A DNA stretch of 32,000 nucleotides, from positions 2,550,001 through 2,582,000 of the forward strand of contig NC_017039.1 in assembly GCF_000284455.1 (NCBI RefSeq), read 5' to 3'. Below are positions 1-7,938 of the stretch, piece after piece. Each line of letters starts with the position of its first letter. Positions within the stretch are counted from its first letter, which is position 1. This DNA comes from Synechocystis sp. PCC 6803 substr. PCC-P (GTDB lineage Bacteria; Cyanobacteriota; Cyanobacteriia; Cyanobacteriales; Microcystaceae). Made by a program: the position numbers and the translations under genes. A model generated the notes under the pieces. That model did no database searches. It was not told where the DNA came from and saw only the letters and a program-made list of their open reading frames with translations.

Positions 1-3
1 GCA

Positions 4-789
4 TTAATCTCCATTTTGGCTTTCGGCAAAGTAGGAGACTGGGTCATCGATGTGGGAGAAAGCATCGCTGATACTCTGTTTAAGATGATTAAAGGTCTCT
101 GTTATTGGGGAGTCTTGGTAGTCCGTGAACTCGATGATTTGAAAAGACTGGATTTCCATGTCATTCATTCTCCATTCGGCGTTCCCCCTGATGCCAACAA
201 TCTCATACAATCTTTGCCCAGCTTGACGAACGATCGCCTTTTTAGCATCACAGTAGAGTATTTTACCGGACATCATTTTGATCGCAACTTTGGGTTCACT
301 GCCGCCGACTCGAATGATTTCTCCGTAGAGTGTGGTTTCCCCTTGCATTGTAATAGATGCAGGAATTTCTAATGTTTGATTGATTGAGGTTAGATATTTA
401 CGACTCCCATTGACGGCATAAAATTCCGTATTAAATCCTCCTTTCTTAGAGAGTTGACGAATCTTGGCAATGCTTTCAACGGTTTTTGAGGGAAGAATTT
501 CGAGCTTGCGGGTCTCTATGCAATGGGAAACGGCTTCAAAGGCAGGAACCGTGATTTCGGGTAGACTAGGCTCATACTCCAGGATATAGCCATCACCTTT
601 AACGTTTTTCAGACCGACTATGATGTCATTGGTACGGATCTCGGAATGCTTATCATGAACGTAAGTGCTGATTATTTCTTCTGTCGCTGCAATTAATTCG
701 CCAATATCCTTCGACCTGACTTTGCCGGGGGATATCCCTGCTCCAGTCAAGCTTGTTTCAATCGTGGTATCTCCATAGCTTTGGGTCAT
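4..789 (-). CDS. hypothetical protein, 261 aa, no family recognised
   Basis: Complete ORF with ATG (revcomp of cat at 787-789) and TAA stop at 4-6. It is uninterrupted in a comparatively AT-rich stretch with no full GCGATCGC site. I can name no catalytic or binding motif. Any downstream partner genes lie off the left edge. Confidence 0.55.
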   Translation of the reverse strand: MTQSYGDTTIETSLTGAGISPGKVRSKDIGELIAATEEIISTYVHDKHSEIRTNDIIVGLKNVKGDGYILEYEPSLPEITVPAFEAVSHCIETRKLEILPSKTVESIAKIRQLSKKGGFNTEFYAVNGSRKYLTSINQTLEIPASITMQGETTLYGEIIRVGGSEPKVAIKMMSGKILYCDAKKAIVRQAGQRLYEIVGIRGNAEWRMNDMEIQSFQIIEFTDYQDSPITETFNHLKQSISDAFSHIDDPVSYFAESQNGD

Positions 790-901
790 TGTAGGTTGGC
801 ACGGAGTTGATTGCGTGGCCTCTACAGTGAGAATAACAAGTAATCGACTCTGTGGATAGATGGGAGAGGGTCAGCTTATTTGCTTTTTTTGACACTGCGC
901 T

Positions 902-1165
902 ATGGGATCATTCTGTCTTCCCTTTCTTACTCCGGAGTTGACGGGGCTTTTTCTTGGTGGTAGTCGCCAGTGCTACCGATTAATTGCCGGTGTGATTGAG
1001 TTATGTCCAGAATTGGAATTAATATTAAAGGAAATGAGGCGCTTGGGATGGACTGAAGAACGGGGGAGAGGTTATTTGCAGGAAAATTTTCGCAAGCGTT
1101 CTAGATATGAGTTAACAATTGAGGAATGTCAACTGTTTTTATTTTACCCACAAAATTTGCTGTAA
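902..1165 (+). CDS. small hypothetical ORF; if real, more likely the 43-aa product starting at ATG 1034
   Basis: The N-terminal half of the 87-aa ORF looks non-protein-like. The C-terminal part (MRRLGWTEERGRGYLQENFRKRSRYELTIEECQLF) is basic and helical, and is preceded by aaagga just upstream of ATG 1034. No family assignment. Confidence 0.25.
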   Translation: MGSFCLPFLTPELTGLFLGGSRQCYRLIAGVIELCPELELILKEMRRLGWTEERGRGYLQENFRKRSRYELTIEECQLFLFYPQNLL

Positions 1166-1273
1166 TTATTTAACCTTGCTAGTGAGTTTTTCCTGAATGA
1201 TTGTTTGCTTATTGAGCAAATCATTTCGCTAGGCATTGGTAACATCTCTACAACTGCAGTTTTTTGATCGTAG

Positions 1274-1281
1274 GCGATCGC
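1274..1281. repeat. HIP1 (highly iterated palindrome GCGATCGC); one representative of many dispersed copies
   Basis: Exact GCGATCGC. Further exact copies checked by hand at 2317-2324, 3540-3547, 5674-5681, 5831-5838 and 30795-30802, and within ggcgatcgcc strings near 18851, 19917 and 21261. HIP1 is diagnostic of many cyanobacterial chromosomes. Confidence 0.9.
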
Positions 1282-1321
1282 CAAAGGTACAGGTTAATTG
1301 GTTAACAAAAACTTTCTGGTT

Positions 1322-1615
1322 TTAAATAACAGGAAATACTTTGTAATAAATCATCACAAAAATAGTCAAGATATTAATGGCGTAGTTAAATAAAAGGGGC
1401 CACATATTAGCATCAGTTCTTGCCTGCTCATAAAGAACAAACACCAGCGTAAGGACTTCCCCGATAAACCACGATCCTAAAAACAAGGGAGACAAACCGT
1501 TAGCATTGCCATTCAGCCAACATTCGTAGGCCTGGGGGATGCCACAAACTGCCAACATGAAAGCGCCGATCCATCCTATGGCCCTGAGATTTTGATTTGC
1601 TGGTTCTTGTTGCAT
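1322..1615 (-). CDS. PQ-loop / SemiSWEET-like 3-TM membrane protein (97 aa)
   Basis: Size of about 100 aa with three hydrophobic segments. A PQ dipeptide sits in the first helix (AVCGIPQAYE), as in PQ-loop repeat / bacterial SemiSWEET proteins. Confidence 0.55.
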   Translation of the reverse strand: MQQEPANQNLRAIGWIGAFMLAVCGIPQAYECWLNGNANGLSPLFLGSWFIGEVLTLVFVLYEQARTDANMWPLLFNYAINILTIFVMIYYKVFPVI

Positions 1616-1787
1616 CGATGCTTTTTTAACGCTGGTTTAACAATGTGGAACGATTATCTGAATTTATCCAAATCCTATTTGCTCTAAAAGTTAATTAACC
1701 TTCCCATTTAGCCATTTTTAACCATTTGTTGACTTTCTCAGACTTTTTGGAGCCATGGGAGATTATTGTCAGTTTTTTGTTTTAGGG

Positions 1788-3266
1788 TCAATAAATTTCC
1801 TCCATTTTCTTGTCCTGGCCTAGGTTAAGCCGTTGGGCATTGGCCACTTCTCCACAACTGCGGGGGGTAGGAAAAAGCTTACCAGGATTAGCTAAGTTAT
1901 CAGGATTAAAACATTGTCTGACCCATTGCATTGTTTCTAAATCTACTTCGTTGAACATATTGGGCATAAAGCAATTTTTATCAATGCCAATGCCGTGTTC
2001 TCCGGATAAACTTCCCCCCAATTCCACACAGCGTTTAAGGATTTCTCCCCCCAATTCTTCCACTTTTTCCCAGGCTCCTGGTACTTTTTGATCATACAAA
2101 ATTAGGGGATGTAAATTACCGTCTCCGGCATGGAAAACATTGGCAATGGCAAAGCCATATTTCTTACTTAAATCATTAATGTCGCTTAAAATCTGTACCA
2201 ATTGAGTCCGGGGTACCACACCATCTTGGACAAAGTAACTGGGGCTTAGTTTACCCGCCGCCGCAAAGGCCGCTTTTCTTCCTTTCCACATTTTTAGGCG
2301 GGTTTCTTGGTCGTAGGCGATCGCCGTGTTGCGGGCTCCATTGTTGCGGCAAATTTCTTCTACTTTGGCTTGGTTTAATTCCACTTCGATGGGCAGACCG
2401 TCCAGTTCCACTAACAAAATGGCCGCCGCATCCCTGGGGTAACAATTGGTGGCCACCACGTCTTCCACCGCATTGATGCTGAAATTGTCCATAATTTCCA
2501 TGCCCGCTGGGACGATGCCCGCCGCAATGATATCGGCCACGGATTGGGCGGTGGCTTCGAGAGAAAGAAAATCCGCCAATACGACACAGATAGATTCTGG
2601 GGTTTTGAGAATTTTTAGGGTGATTTCTGTGGCGATGCCTAGGGTTCCTTCGGAACCAACAAATAAACCGGTTAAATCGTAGCCCGGCGTTTCGGGGACT
2701 TGCCCCCCTACTTCCACAATGGAGCCATCGGGAATAACCAGTTTCAAGCCCAGCACATGGTTGGTGGTGGTGCCATATTTCAAACAATGAACTCCACCGG
2801 AATTTTCCGCAATATTACCGCCAATGGAGCAGACAATCTGACTGGAAGGATCAGGGGCATAGTAAAAGCCAGCCCCACTAACGGTTTGGGTAACCCAGTT
2901 ATTCACCACCCCCGGCTGGACAACAATGGTCTGGTTGTCGTAATCTACTGCCAAAATTTGCCGCATGCGAGTGGTGACAATCAATAGGCTATCGGCCCCC
3001 GGCAAGGCTCCCCCCGATAACCCTGTGCCAGCCCCCCTGGCAATCCAAGGAATTTGGCGATCGTGACAAAGTTTCACTATTGTGGCTACCTGTTCCGTTG
3101 TGCGGGGCAAAACCACCAGGGCCGGCCGTTGTCGATAACCCGTTAAACCGTCGCATTCGTAGGTGAATAGCTCGTCTTTGCGTTTAATTACTCCATCCTG
3201 GCCAACAATTTTTTCGAGCTGGGGAATAATATCGGTAACGGCGTTGACGGGGGAGAAAATGGCCAT
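1788..3266 (-). CDS. glcD: glycolate oxidase/dehydrogenase subunit GlcD (FAD-linked oxidase)
   Basis: 492 aa. FAD-binding PCMH-type N-terminal domain (ARGAGTGLSGGALP). C-terminal FAD-oxidase domain (HAGDGNLHP, GSLSGEHGIG). Length and motifs are typical of GlcD. Confidence 0.9.
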   Translation of the reverse strand: MAIFSPVNAVTDIIPQLEKIVGQDGVIKRKDELFTYECDGLTGYRQRPALVVLPRTTEQVATIVKLCHDRQIPWIARGAGTGLSGGALPGADSLLIVTTRMRQILAVDYDNQTIVVQPGVVNNWVTQTVSGAGFYYAPDPSSQIVCSIGGNIAENSGGVHCLKYGTTTNHVLGLKLVIPDGSIVEVGGQVPETPGYDLTGLFVGSEGTLGIATEITLKILKTPESICVVLADFLSLEATAQSVADIIAAGIVPAGMEIMDNFSINAVEDVVATNCYPRDAAAILLVELDGLPIEVELNQAKVEEICRNNGARNTAIAYDQETRLKMWKGRKAAFAAAGKLSPSYFVQDGVVPRTQLVQILSDINDLSKKYGFAIANVFHAGDGNLHPLILYDQKVPGAWEKVEELGGEILKRCVELGGSLSGEHGIGIDKNCFMPNMFNEVDLETMQWVRQCFNPDNLANPGKLFPTPRSCGEVANAQRLNLGQDKKMEEIY

Positions 3267-3419
3267 GGTGGGGAAGGGAAAAGTACCTATGCCAAATTCT
3301 AGTGGATTTTGCGGTGGACAGCAGCGTCAGTAGTACAATAGGGAAACTAGCTAGCGAAATTACGATTATTTTCAGCTATCCATTTGTTCGGCCCAAACCC
3401 TCGTCAAATTTTCCCAAAT

Positions 3420-3743
3420 ATGAGCGAAGATTCCCCCAAACCAGAAAAAAAAGAACCTGTTCCTCCTACGCCCCTACGATGTTTGGTCGGTTCCGGCATT
3501 TCCGCGACCTTAGCTTGGGGTTTATATCTTTTGACTTCGGCGATCGCCGTTAGTTTTGCCAGTAAGCCGGTGTTGTCTGATAAGCCCATTGTCCAGCGCA
3601 TTGCTTCGGCGGTGAGAACTTTGGTGCTGGGATTAGCTTCCATGGGCACCTTTATTTTTGCCTTTGTGGCGATCGGCTTAATTTTGTTGATGGTTCAGTT
3701 AATTCTGCAAAAACAACCCGACCGTAATAATGGGGAAAGTTAG
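3420..3743 (+). CDS. small conserved cyanobacterial membrane protein (DUF3082-like), 107 aa from ATG 3420
   Basis: The ORF track begins at TTG 3384, and ATG 3420 (MSEDSPKPEKK...) is the more plausible start. A Lys/Pro-rich N-terminus is followed by two TM helices (PTPLRCLVGSGISATLAWGLYLLT; VLGLASMGTFIFAFVAIGLILLMV). Confidence 0.6.
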   Translation: MSEDSPKPEKKEPVPPTPLRCLVGSGISATLAWGLYLLTSAIAVSFASKPVLSDKPIVQRIASAVRTLVLGLASMGTFIFAFVAIGLILLMVQLILQKQPDRNNGES

Positions 3744-3907
3744 CTGGGGGAGTTTAGTTTTTCCAATCAACTTTAACGAAAAATCACCGTAAGAGCGTGC
3801 TTGAAAAGCCCCCAGCTCTAGCCATGGGGAGCATGTAAACCATGCAATTTGTAAAGTTGTGGAGCTAATTTCCCTCGTTATCTCTTCCATTTTAAACAAT
3901 TGATGGC

Positions 3908-4330
3908 CTAATTTAAATAAAGGATGCCCACGGCTAAGCCAATAATCATAGTAATAGCTATTAAAACTGAACTAAAAATCATAAAATTTCTGTCGAACTT
4001 GATAAACTGAGATACGAGTTTGTTTAATTTTGGATCATCGAATGAATCCATACTGTTGGAAAGTTTAATCAATGGTTTTAGGCGTTTATATCCCTTTGAA
4101 TAGGCCATATTGCCAACGTCTGGTTTCTGACGTATTTCCTCATAAATGTCCGGGTAATATTTTTTAATATATTCCATCAATTGATTATATTCTTGCAAAT
4201 ATTTGTAATTTAAAATGCAGACAGTAGCAGAAAAGACTAAAAGATAAAAAGCTATTGCCACTGGCACCGTAAGTTGTCCAATCTGAACTTTTCGACTGAA
4301 AATGGTAGTTATCTGATTAAAAGATGACAT
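3908..4330 (-). CDS. hypothetical 2-TM membrane protein, 140 aa, strongly AT-rich
   Basis: Clean ORF with TM helices at both ends and a Lys/Tyr/Asn-rich soluble loop. The codon composition is very different from neighbouring genes. No HIP1 site. No family recognised. Confidence 0.5.
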   Translation of the reverse strand: MSSFNQITTIFSRKVQIGQLTVPVAIAFYLLVFSATVCILNYKYLQEYNQLMEYIKKYYPDIYEEIRQKPDVGNMAYSKGYKRLKPLIKLSNSMDSFDDPKLNKLVSQFIKFDRNFMIFSSVLIAITMIIGLAVGILYLN

Positions 4331-4640
4331 TTAATTCCGACCTCCAATGAGTGATTGTAAGCAGATGATTATTCTGAGTTAAGTGTATATCTTAATAACA
4401 AACATTGGGTTGCTAATGTAATTTGAACAGAAACTAAAGAAATCATCATTTTCTTAATTTAAATTCACTATTTTACCATTGCCATTGGTCGGCACGGGAG
4501 TGTATAAATGGCACTACCATATTGTTGAAAAACTAGACAAGCTCAGAGAACTGTATCTGTTTTTATGGCTGAGTTTGTCAGGATATGGACAAAGTTAGCC
4601 TAGTCTTTTGCCACGGCCATTTCTTATTGGGATAAAAGCG

Positions 4641-6146
4641 ATGAGTTATCTGAACCTAGACACATTCATGACATTGGTTTTACCTAAACTCTTACGCATG
4701 ACCCTGGTTAGTTTTGTAATTGCCAGTGTTGTGGGGTCAGTGGTGGGCTGGATCGCTACTCTAATTTGGCGGGGAAAAAATTTATCGGATTTATCAGATT
4801 CTCCCAACCCCAGGGGATGGTTAATCAAACCGGCCATATTTGGCTCCTTCATTGGTATGGTACTCATCGGCCTATTACCCATCGAAGCGAATCCAGCTTC
4901 CCTTGTTGGTGGCCCCTATTCGGGGCTGTGGTTTTTGATGATGTTTGTGTTTTTAGCTCCCCTCGGTTCCATTGCTGGGGCCGTTATCGGTGCAACCCTG
5001 GGAACTAAGCAGTTTTCTCAAATTAAGCGGGAAAAGTTAATTGGCATTGTTTTACTGTTAACCTACTTTTTTGCCACTGTTGTCCTTTATGTTGGCCTGG
5101 CTCCCCCGGCATTGGTCATGGAAAAACCGACCGGAAATGATCCTTTTCCGGTGGTAGGTGAACTGAAGGGTTATGAAAGTGGGCCTAAAGACCTTGCCCT
5201 CAGTGATAACGGTCAACAACTGGCGGTGGTAACGGTGCGATATGGGGAAGACAAGGTTGAAATTTGGGATTTGCCCCGCAAAAAGGTTTTATATTCCTTT
5301 AAGACCAAGCCCAATAGCTCAGTAACCCTAAAAGATATTCTTTCATCTCTAGAATTTAGCAAGGATGGCCAACAGTTAATCACTGCGGCTGTTCAGCAAG
5401 TGCAGGTGCGGGATTTAACCAACGGTGCAGTGCAAATGCGCTTAGAAGGAGGAGAATTAGCCTATCCGATCGCCGATAATAAGCTGGTAACGTTGGCGTC
5501 GGTGGATGCCTGGGCAAATGAGCCAGAACCCCATAACATCAAGGTTTGGGACTTAGACACCGGGAAATTATTGCAAACCATTAATGCCGATCTGGCCCCC
5601 ACGGAACGATTCAGTGTGCCCATTGCAATTAGTCCTGATGGTCGTTTAGTGGCTTTTCCCCCCGGACTTTATAGCGATCGCATTGAAATTTGGGATATAG
5701 GCAACCAGAAACAAGTTACAGCCCTAACCAGTAACCAGCCAGCGGGGGTTTTGTCCCTGGCATTTTCCCCGGATGGAGAACAATTGGCCGTTGCTCTGGG
5801 TCAAGGTGCCCCCCTTTCCGTTTGGGATTGGCGATCGCCAAAGCAAGTCAAGACCATTGCCAAGGCTGACCGGGCTGAAGTTTTGTATTGGACGGAACAG
5901 GGAATTTTTGTGGGTAGCGATGGTGCTTTCCAGGTGTGGGATCCACAAACGGGAGAGGCTCGGCAAAAGCTGGATTTACAACCAACAGAGGAAAGGGCAA
6001 AGAGTGATCTCCGATTTCCCCTTGGCCCCTCGGCTCTGAGCGCTGACCGTACAACTCTGGCGGTTTATATTCCTCAACAAGGTATCCGGGTCTGGCGGGT
6101 TGAGGTGGCCCCAAAAAAGCGGACAGGGGAGAAAGCTCTAAACTAA
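4641..6146 (+). CDS. membrane-anchored WD40 beta-propeller protein
   Basis: The ORF opens at TTG 4608, and ATG 4641 (MSYLNLD...) is the likelier start. About 160 aa with roughly four hydrophobic helices comes first. Seven degenerate WD-like blades follow, each ending in a [VI]W[DR] strand: VEIWDL, VQVRDL, IKVWDL, IEIWDI, LSVWDW, FQVWDP, IRVWRV. Contains HIP1 sites at 5674 and 5831. Confidence 0.8.
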   Translation: MSYLNLDTFMTLVLPKLLRMTLVSFVIASVVGSVVGWIATLIWRGKNLSDLSDSPNPRGWLIKPAIFGSFIGMVLIGLLPIEANPASLVGGPYSGLWFLMMFVFLAPLGSIAGAVIGATLGTKQFSQIKREKLIGIVLLLTYFFATVVLYVGLAPPALVMEKPTGNDPFPVVGELKGYESGPKDLALSDNGQQLAVVTVRYGEDKVEIWDLPRKKVLYSFKTKPNSSVTLKDILSSLEFSKDGQQLITAAVQQVQVRDLTNGAVQMRLEGGELAYPIADNKLVTLASVDAWANEPEPHNIKVWDLDTGKLLQTINADLAPTERFSVPIAISPDGRLVAFPPGLYSDRIEIWDIGNQKQVTALTSNQPAGVLSLAFSPDGEQLAVALGQGAPLSVWDWRSPKQVKTIAKADRAEVLYWTEQGIFVGSDGAFQVWDPQTGEARQKLDLQPTEERAKSDLRFPLGPSALSADRTTLAVYIPQQGIRVWRVEVAPKKRTGEKALN

Positions 6147-6168
6147 AAACCGCAACCGAGGAAAGTTT

Positions 6169-6249
6169 ATGAGCCAAAAGAAAAGACAGTATAGCGCCGA
6201 ATTCAATGCCACTTTGGCCTTGCAAGCAGTACAGCAAAGAGCGAGATAG
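6169..6249 (+). pseudogene. 26-codon remnant resembling the N-terminus of an IS3-type OrfA (HTH_Tnp_1) transposase
   Basis: ATG 6169 ... TAG 6247-6249 encodes MSQKKRQYSAEFNATLALQAVQQRAR. The K/R-rich start followed by YSAEF.A..AL.A is the usual opening of HTH_Tnp_1 transposase ORFs. It is truncated after 26 codons. Confidence 0.4.
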
Positions 6250-6444
6250 TTAGGACAATTTTCTCAACGCTACATCAAATCCAGAAATCAGCGATTCTCC
6301 ATTACTAACAAGTTGGGAAACATAACGTTTTAGTTTCGCCCAGAACTTCTCAATTTTGTTCAAGTCCGGTGAATATGACGGTAAAAATATAACCTCACCC
6401 CCAGCTTTTGCTATATCACGCATAATCCCGATTAAAACCCCCAC
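6250..6444 (-). pseudogene. C-terminal fragment of an IS630/Tc1-mariner family DDE transposase
   Basis: VIFLPSYSPDLNKIEKFWAKLKRY matches the conserved LPPYSPDLNPIE.FW..LK block carrying the last acidic catalytic residue of IS630-family transposases. Only about 64 codons remain. No upstream catalytic region is present. Confidence 0.75.
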
Positions 6445-6481
6445 AGGACTTACGCAAGATAGATGAGGTTAAGGTGGTAGG

Positions 6482-6630
6482 ATGACTTTTTTCACTCGTT
6501 TAGATTACTGTCAGTATTTACTGAGCAGTCCAACTAACTACACCCTAACAAACCTTGCCAAGCATCTCGATGGCGTGAGCCATGACCGAATTAAACGTTA
6601 CCTACAGGGAGTAAAACTGACTCCTCTCAA
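6482..6630 (+). pseudogene. N-terminal fragment of an IS4/IS701-like transposase
   Basis: LDYCQYLLSSPTNYTLTNLAKHLDGVSHDRIKRYLQGVKLTP resembles the conserved N-terminus of a transposase family common in cyanobacteria (family name from memory, uncertain). Similarity is lost before the ORF runs into the aspC 3' end. Confidence 0.55.
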
Positions 6631-6646
6631 CGGGTTGGACGGTTGC

Positions 6647-7816
6647 TCAAGCCAAAGTGCTGACAAACCGCTCTAACTCGGCCAAACCCTGTTTAATGGT
6701 GTCCATATCGGTAGCGTAGGAAAAACGCACACAGTCATCGGCTCCAAACGCCGCTCCAGGAATCACCGCCACCTGGTGGGATTCTAATAATCGGGCACTG
6801 AACTCCAGGGAATTAAGCCCCGTTTTAGCAATGTCCACAAAAACATAAAATGCTCCTTTCGGATTAGGACAACTCAGCCCTGCAATTTGATTGATGCCTT
6901 CCACTATCACCTGTCGTCTTTCTGTGAAGGCTTTGACCATGGTCTCCACACAGGTTTGGGGATTTTCCAGAGCGGCGATCGCCCCGTACTGGGCAAAGGT
7001 ACAAACGTTGGAGGTGCTATGGCCCTGGATGGTGCTACAGGCTTGGATTAAGGGTAATTCCCCCGCCAGGTAACCCACCCGCCAACCGGTCATGGAATAA
7101 CTTTTGGCAAAACCGTTACTAATGATGGTGCGTTGGAAAATCTCGTCGTTCACCGCACCAATGCTGAGGTGCTCTGTGCCATCGTAGAGAATGCGCTCAT
7201 AAATCTCATCGGAAACTACGTATAAATCCTCATATTCCAAAATCACCGCCGCCAAAGCCCTAATTTCGGCAGGAGTGTAAACTGCCCCGGTGGGATTGGA
7301 AGGAGAATTCAGCACAAACAGCTTACTTTTGGAGGTAATGGCCTGCCGTAGTTGCTCTGGGGTGATTTTGTAATCCGTGGCCGCTGTGGTGTTGACAATA
7401 ACTGGGGTTCCTTCGGCTAAACGCACCATTTCTGGATAACTGAGCCAATAGGGGGCGGGAATAATTACCTCATCCCCCTGCTCAATCATGGCTAGCATTA
7501 GGTTAAACAGGGAATGTTTACCCCCATTGGTCACCAAAATATTGGCCGCCTCGTAGGGCAAATTATTCTTTTCCCGTAACTTTTTGGCGATCGCCTGACG
7601 GAGGGCCGGTTCTCCGGCGGCGGGGCCATAGCGGGTCTTCCCTTCATCCAAGGCTAATTTGGCCGCCTCCACAATGTGGGGGGGAGTGGTAAAATCCGGT
7701 TCCCCAGCGGTAAAGCTAAGCACATCAATGCCCTCAGTCCGCATTGCCTTGGCCTTTGCCGTAATTTCAAGGGTGATGGAAGGCACAACTTGGCTAACTC
7801 GCTGGGTTAGTCGCAT
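6647..7816 (-). CDS. aspC: class I PLP-dependent aspartate aminotransferase
   Basis: [17 protein letters not shown] carries the PLP-lysine motif. NPSNPTG and the overall length fit the class. The ORF track starts at TTG 7822, and ATG 7816 (MRLTQRV...) is the likelier start. Confidence 0.9.
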
Positions 7817-7938
7817 AATCAAAACATCCCTGGGGTAAACAACAGCAAAAAATGGCTAAGGCTAGTCAGACAGAGCATGCCAACCCCAGCAAGGGAGCTG
7901 GAATTGAGCCGATTTAGATCAACACGATTAAGCTCAGT

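Larger units (their letters stand above)
6169..6640. mobile_element. composite of three unrelated IS remnants; no intact element
   Basis: Three transposase fragments of different families abut within about 470 bp, on alternating strands. They lie between the WD40 gene and the aspC stop. Confidence 0.6.

Noticed and set aside
1195-1227. Imperfect hairpin gaatgattgtttgcttattgagcaaatcatttc after the small ORF at 902-1165
   Set aside because: The stem is only a 7-bp A/T-rich core plus bulges, with no adjoining T-run. This is insufficient to call a terminator or a structured RNA.
2251-2787. 178-aa ORF on the minus strand in an alternative frame inside glcD, plus other 60-95-aa ORFs on both strands between 1810 and 2987
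   Set aside because: It lies entirely within a confidently assigned GlcD coding frame. The translation is Arg/Gly/Pro/His-rich low-complexity, which is typical of off-frame reading of GC-rich coding DNA. No start context or motif supports it.
3699-3899. 66-aa minus-strand ORF, and a 9-bp inverted repeat (agctggggg 3742-3750 / cccccagct 3809-3817) downstream of the DUF3082-like gene
   Set aside because: The ORF overlaps the end of the plus-strand gene and has no recognisable features. The inverted-repeat arms are 58 nt apart with no T-run, so neither a terminator nor a known RNA motif can be claimed.
6631-6676. Tail of ORF 6482-6676 overlapping the aspC 3' end
   Set aside because: Transposase-like similarity stops at about ...KLTP. 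The remaining residues ([16 protein letters not shown]) are read-through into antisense aspC sequence, so the feature was trimmed and called a pseudogene fragment.
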